Source: Eutreptiella sp. 'Long Island Sound 2002' (Eukaryota; Protista; Euglenida). Taken from it: a stretch of DNA of 64,000 nucleotides. The translations under genes and the position numbers were made by a program. Below, piece after piece: positions 59,800-64,000 of the stretch; position 1 is the first letter of the stretch, and each line of letters opens with the position of its first letter. The notes below the pieces were generated by a model that was given only the letters and a program-made list of their open reading frames with translations, was not told the origin of the DNA and made no database searches. The stretch covers positions 6,510,001 through 6,574,000 of the forward strand of contig OZ038378.1 of NCBI GenBank assembly GCA_964036045.1, written 5' to 3'.

Positions 59800-60540
59800 C
59801 CTTAACAACTGTGACTCACATGATGTCTTGAATGGCCCTGAAGTAAAATGCATTGAATTGGGAGGTCTGGGTGCCAGAAATGCGCATTTCTGGAACATGA
59901 CTCAGACCTAGTGTGAGTGCCGGGTATCCCACGAGGGGGTGTTGCTGTGGAGGAATCTGACCTAGAGGTTTGCTGGCATGTTGCAGGACGCCATAAAGGC
60001 TCGTTATGCAAGTCCCCCTGAAACTCCAATCAGCAGCAGAGCCAGCTGAGGGTACCATTCCGGTTTGGAGCTTTTGTCTTCAGTCAATTCACCTTTCCAT
60101 CTTCAGAAAGTCATTCTTGAATGCTGCACCGTCACTGGAACGATGCACAGACCGCCCAGTAACCCCTTTTAAAATACCACGATGCTGTTGCTTCTGCAAG
60201 CAATTGCACAGGCTTGCATACGCAGATGTGTAGATGTACATATTCCGACATCCTGGGCAGTAGCTGTGGTGAGTGTCTTTTGGTGCTGGAGGTAGACCCA
60301 CAGTGATTTCTGCCTCCAACCTACATCATGCTGTCCAGGAGCAGCCATTTGTTCAGTATGCACGAGAAACAGCTTGTCGGTAGAGTCAGATGGGCTGTTT
60401 TCTGGGGCTTCGCTGAACGATTGTGTTGCAGCTGCAACCAAGTTTGCTTGTAGATATTCACTTAACTTTGATGTGCAGATTGTGCAGACGAGAAGTGGTG
60501 TTGGTGTGTACGGAGTTTCAGAGCTGAACATGCATGAAAG
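59800..60540 (-). pseudogene. Degenerate coding relic, possibly a DNA transposase
   Basis: Protein-like fragments in shifting frames (LVCTICTSKLSEYLQANL; SSDGAAFKNDFLKM; LYGVL...GQI; TRSES). Family not established. Confidence 0.25.
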
Positions 60541-60705
60541 GCTGAAGATTGTGATGGTGGTATGTACATGAGGATGGGACAGAGCAATTCAGGGTGTACC
60601 CAAGGTCGGCGATGAAACTCTGCCTCATTTCCCGGAGGAGCACGTAGCCCCCCCCTCCCCTCTTGCTAGAGCAACTCCCTCGTCAGAGCAACGGTAGGTG
60701 TTGTT

Positions 60706-60760
60706 GTGAAGTGAGCAGGCTACGCCAGCTCATCTTGGTCTGAGCCAAAAAAAAAGGAGT
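60706..60760 (+). mobile_element. Short hairpin + oligo(A) repeat, copy 2, flanked by a 16-bp direct repeat
   Basis: AACGGTAGGTGTTGTT at 60690-60705 and 60761-60776. Confidence 0.55.
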
Positions 60761-61169
60761 AACGGTAGGTGTTGTTTCCGCAATTTTTGGAACCATGTCC
60801 TCCTTTGCCCTTTACAAATACCCCCTTGTCAGAGCAGCACTAGGTGTTGTTTTGGTCAAATTTTGGGACTTTATTGTTCCTCTCGCAAGGGGGGGGGCGG
60901 TACAGGGAGTGTGTATGGTTCAGCATCTTTTGGGGCCAGTGACAATGGGATCTGAGGGACCTGCCAAATTGGGTCGTCGTTGTGAACTATTCAGGCAAAG
61001 CAGTGTGGGCAGCACATGAGCAAAGTAGCAGAATAGGTGTGCTGCTGTTCTAGGTGAGTCGTTGGAAGTGTTGGAGGCGTGGCAAGGATGGTGACCCAAG
61101 GAGGGCTGGCTTCTTGAGATCAATCATGAGATGGTCAAGAATAAGGACCAACCTATTAGATTGGCTAGA

Positions 61170-62570
61170 AATGGAGGCACTGGGCTGGTGGGGTGTACAT
61201 GTGTGATGTTTTCAACATGGGATGGCGTGCCCTACCTAAATGAGCTGTGTCCTTGAGTCCCTGAGCTCTTCCAACAAGCTGGAAAATGAATGCCATTGGT
61301 CCCTTCGCTCTCCTTGACACCAGTCGGGAACACCTCCAGCCACGGAGACATTCCTTCACCTTGCACCAATACCTCTGGTGTGCCTCCCTCGCTGACCATA
61401 GCACCAACCCCTGTGGCGTATGTAGGGAAAGCTTGTTGTCAATTAGCAACTCCTATGCAGGCACCTCCTATCCCTGATACTTGTCGTGGCCAAATAAATA
61501 TTGTGCTGCCGTCAATCTAGCTCGATACCACACACTCGACCATCGCATGGCGCATGGCCTCCAAAGATGAGCGGACAGAGTTTGGTATCTGACCTGACAG
61601 ACACCCTATCATGTACCATGAGTTTTGACCAAAGTACATTTTGATTAAAATCAACTATTGGTGGCGGATAGTGCTGCCCTGTCCATGCTTCCAAGACATC
61701 ACTAGGCTGCACGTGAACCTCAAAGTTTGGCTTCTTGGACCAACCCTAAAAGGAAAGACTTGTAGTTCGAATCATACCCAGTGGGTTATATGGTAGGTTA
61801 TCTGCTGTGGGTGAAAGTCATGTGCACGCACCAGCTCTCACCGCCAACAACAAGAACCCGGACAGCTCTTTCAGGTACATAACAAATGGGCACAATGCTT
61901 GATGCATACGGTATTTTTTGGAGGGGCAAAGCCCCAAGGTGGGGCCATGAACCATTCAATGCCTTCAGAGAGAGAGAGTGTGTGTGGGGTGGGTGGGGGG
62001 GCACCACCATATAATTGGTAGTACCTGGTCACTTTTGATTGTGACCCTGCAATCACTATGTTTGGAGCCTGTGCAGAGATGCTGTTTATTTTTTGCGCTT
62101 GGTGGTGGATGTGGGAGTGTGGGTGCCAGTGCAAGTGGTAGCGTAAGGTGGGCTTGGCATTGGAGGTGACTGTGGAAACGGGGTGAGGGTGGTAGTGCAC
62201 TACAAATGCCCTTCCTGTGCACCCTCCCATGATAATTTGGGAAAGCAGCTATCCTTCGGATCCCATCCACCTGCCATGACCTCACATTGTAGCCTCCCCA
62301 CCGCACCTTTCAGTGCATGCTCTGAATTTAAAGCAAACATTGTAGAGTGCACACACTTGTTGGAATCCTACAAGTGCTACCCATCGCTCCCCTTGTCTGA
62401 GGCACACCTTTGTCTCAAGCTGACCATGTCTTGGTCCCGCATTGAGTTGGCCCCAATGTAATTTGGTACCAAATGTAAAAGCACAGTAAGACATGAGGCT
62501 TTGAATTGACATTGCATTGTTGGGCACATTCATAATTTGCTGTACTAGATGATGAGGCAAACACACAAGT
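61170..62570 (-). pseudogene. Decayed non-LTR retrotransposon C-terminal region
   Basis: LWSKLMVHDRVSVRSDTKLCPL...C (zf-RVT-like) followed by GLVLWSAREAHQRYW (W..R terminal motif). Confidence 0.45.
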
Positions 62571-62727
62571 GATCATTGAGAGTCCCAGGCATACCCATGA
62601 GTTTGGCTACCATTTGAGCTAGTAAGGTTGGAGGCCATGGAGGTTTAGCAAAAAGGTGATGAGCACCACATTTGGGTGGGAACTGTGCAACAAGTGAGTG
62701 GTAAGAGGACAAGAGTTAGCTCTGCTA

Positions 62728-63265
62728 GAGGGAGTACCGGGCACCGTGCGCGCACGGTGCAAGTATTTGAGTTGTTCTCGGGACCAGTTCCTCTAATTTA
62801 GAGGGTACCGCATGCCGTTGTTAGGGCAAAAGGCCATAAATAGTCTGCCCACATCGTTTATTTCGTTTTCCCACACGGCAATGTCTCTTTCATGGCTTCC
62901 CAGTGGTGTCATTGTCACATACACCTGTTCTACTGGCACCCTAGTTGCAGCCACAGTTGAAGCACCGTCCGAATGCGGGCAGTTCGTGGCAATCAAGTGT
63001 GAAGTCAATGGGCACTTTGTTCATCACCCACGGGCACCAGCACATCGAATTGGAGTCCACATGGGCACGTCAGGAAATCACAGTGACCATCCAAGGCCCA
63101 CCAGGAATAACAGCAACCATTGAGAGCCAACCACGGGGAATGGTAACACTTCAGAGCCTACCAAGTACCATCTACAACCCCTCTCCCGGTAGACCATCTG
63201 CTGGGGAAATTGTTCAAATACTTGGCACGGTGCGCACGGTGCGCGCACGGTGCGAGTACTACCTC
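62728..63265. mobile_element. Non-autonomous TIR element of the GAGG...CCTC family
   Basis: 3-bp duplication CTA. The long imperfect TIR includes a perfect 20-bp palindrome GCACCGTGCGCGCACGGTGC (62741-62760) and AAGTATTTGA, mirrored at 63215-63253. Confidence 0.75.
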
Positions 63266-64000
63266 CTAGTGTGTGGGGATGGGGGGGGGATGTTAGCGCA
63301 CCAGGCATCGTTTTGTCCAAGACGCCCTTAATCAGCATACACTAGGCAACCACCCACTTTGGGGACCTGAGAATGCAAGGGTTGTGTAACCATTTTTGAT
63401 TGCGTCTGTGCAACCTTTTGGTACTATCGGTTAACTAGTCCATGTTATTCGTCTTCACGTTGGCGAACCCAAGAAGGCAAGGTTTATGAAGCCTTGTCTT
63501 TTTCCTCGAGATTATAGGGGTTATGCAACAATTTCATTTCCCCCCAAATAGCACGGGTTTTGTAGCCACTTCACTTTTCCATGACACATGGCAAGGGTTA
63601 TGTAGCCATTTCAATTTCCCCAGGATGGGGCCATGATGAGGTGTACAAGGGCCGAGTGCATGTCATTGTGCATATTAATGGAAGAAAGAATGGCGCCTTG
63701 ACAGGCTAACAACAATCATAGGGGGCGCACCGTGTGCTGTGCGAAAAATCGGCTGTTTTCCACCACCGGTAGCCATGGGTCCCAGGGTCCTGAGTTCTGC
63801 ACCCTACAACCCCTAGCCCTTGCTGGTGCACCACGGGTTTTTTTGTTTACTCTGATGCTTGCCACGGGTCCCAGTGTCCTGAATTCTGCACCCTATGCTG
63901 CTTTGAATTGACCATGCATGCTGCTGTAGGTGGGTGGTTTTCAGGGGTGTTCCCGGGATAAACAATGTAATAATTGGCGCTGTGCGAAAACGCCCCAATA

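Noticed and set aside
62725-63269. Double Helitron 3' end (palindrome + 12 nt + CTAG at both ends), or a TA-flanked mariner
   Set aside because: Better explained as a TIR element with a 3-bp duplication, because related elements at 12425 and 22752 share the GAG...CTC ends but have no CTAG.
1-64000. CRISPR array, TnpB/Fanzor, intact transposase, recombinase or RT
   Set aside because: No equal-length repeats with unique spacers, and no ORF with intact RuvC, DDE, HUH, RHRY or YADD motifs was recognised. A profile search could still find remote relics.

Overview
Repeat-dense eukaryotic nuclear DNA at roughly 50% GC (estimated by eye), with long GT-AG introns. No prokaryotic operons, rRNA, intact tRNA or CRISPR array were seen. 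A euglenid-like (Euglenozoa) origin is my inference from intron style, TTAGGG-type hexamer tracts and repeat content; it is not proven. Three spliced + strand gene models have self-consistent intron phases. These are a 6-exon ankyrin/Cys-cluster/C-terminal F-box-like gene (17699-21411), a 4-exon FKP/RLY-repeat gene (31118-40324) and two exons of a coiled-coil gene (50005-57585). Two orphan exons are also present: an FCP1/NIF-like phosphatase exon and an ankyrin exon. Most of the remainder is nested mobile DNA. (i) Six CAG...CTG-terminated hAT-like MITEs, four with 8-bp TSDs; two families carry tRNA-derived Pol III boxes. (ii) Four TIR elements with 3-bp TSDs, mostly in a C-NNN-G target, and subterminal GCAC-box arrays. 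(iii) A dispersed element with back-to-back telomere-like tracts. (iv) Several decayed non-LTR retrotransposon relics, a ~55-nt hairpin+oligo(A) retroposon candidate, and micro/minisatellites. The most interesting observation is arithmetic. A CAG...CTG element with an 8-bp TSD has exactly the geometry of euglenid nonconventional introns (CAG at +4..+6, CTG at -8..-6), so excision by that rule would restore the empty site perfectly. This is a candidate introner system, but it is a hypothesis: no copy here lies in an exon of my gene models. Most supplied six-frame ORFs are spurious.
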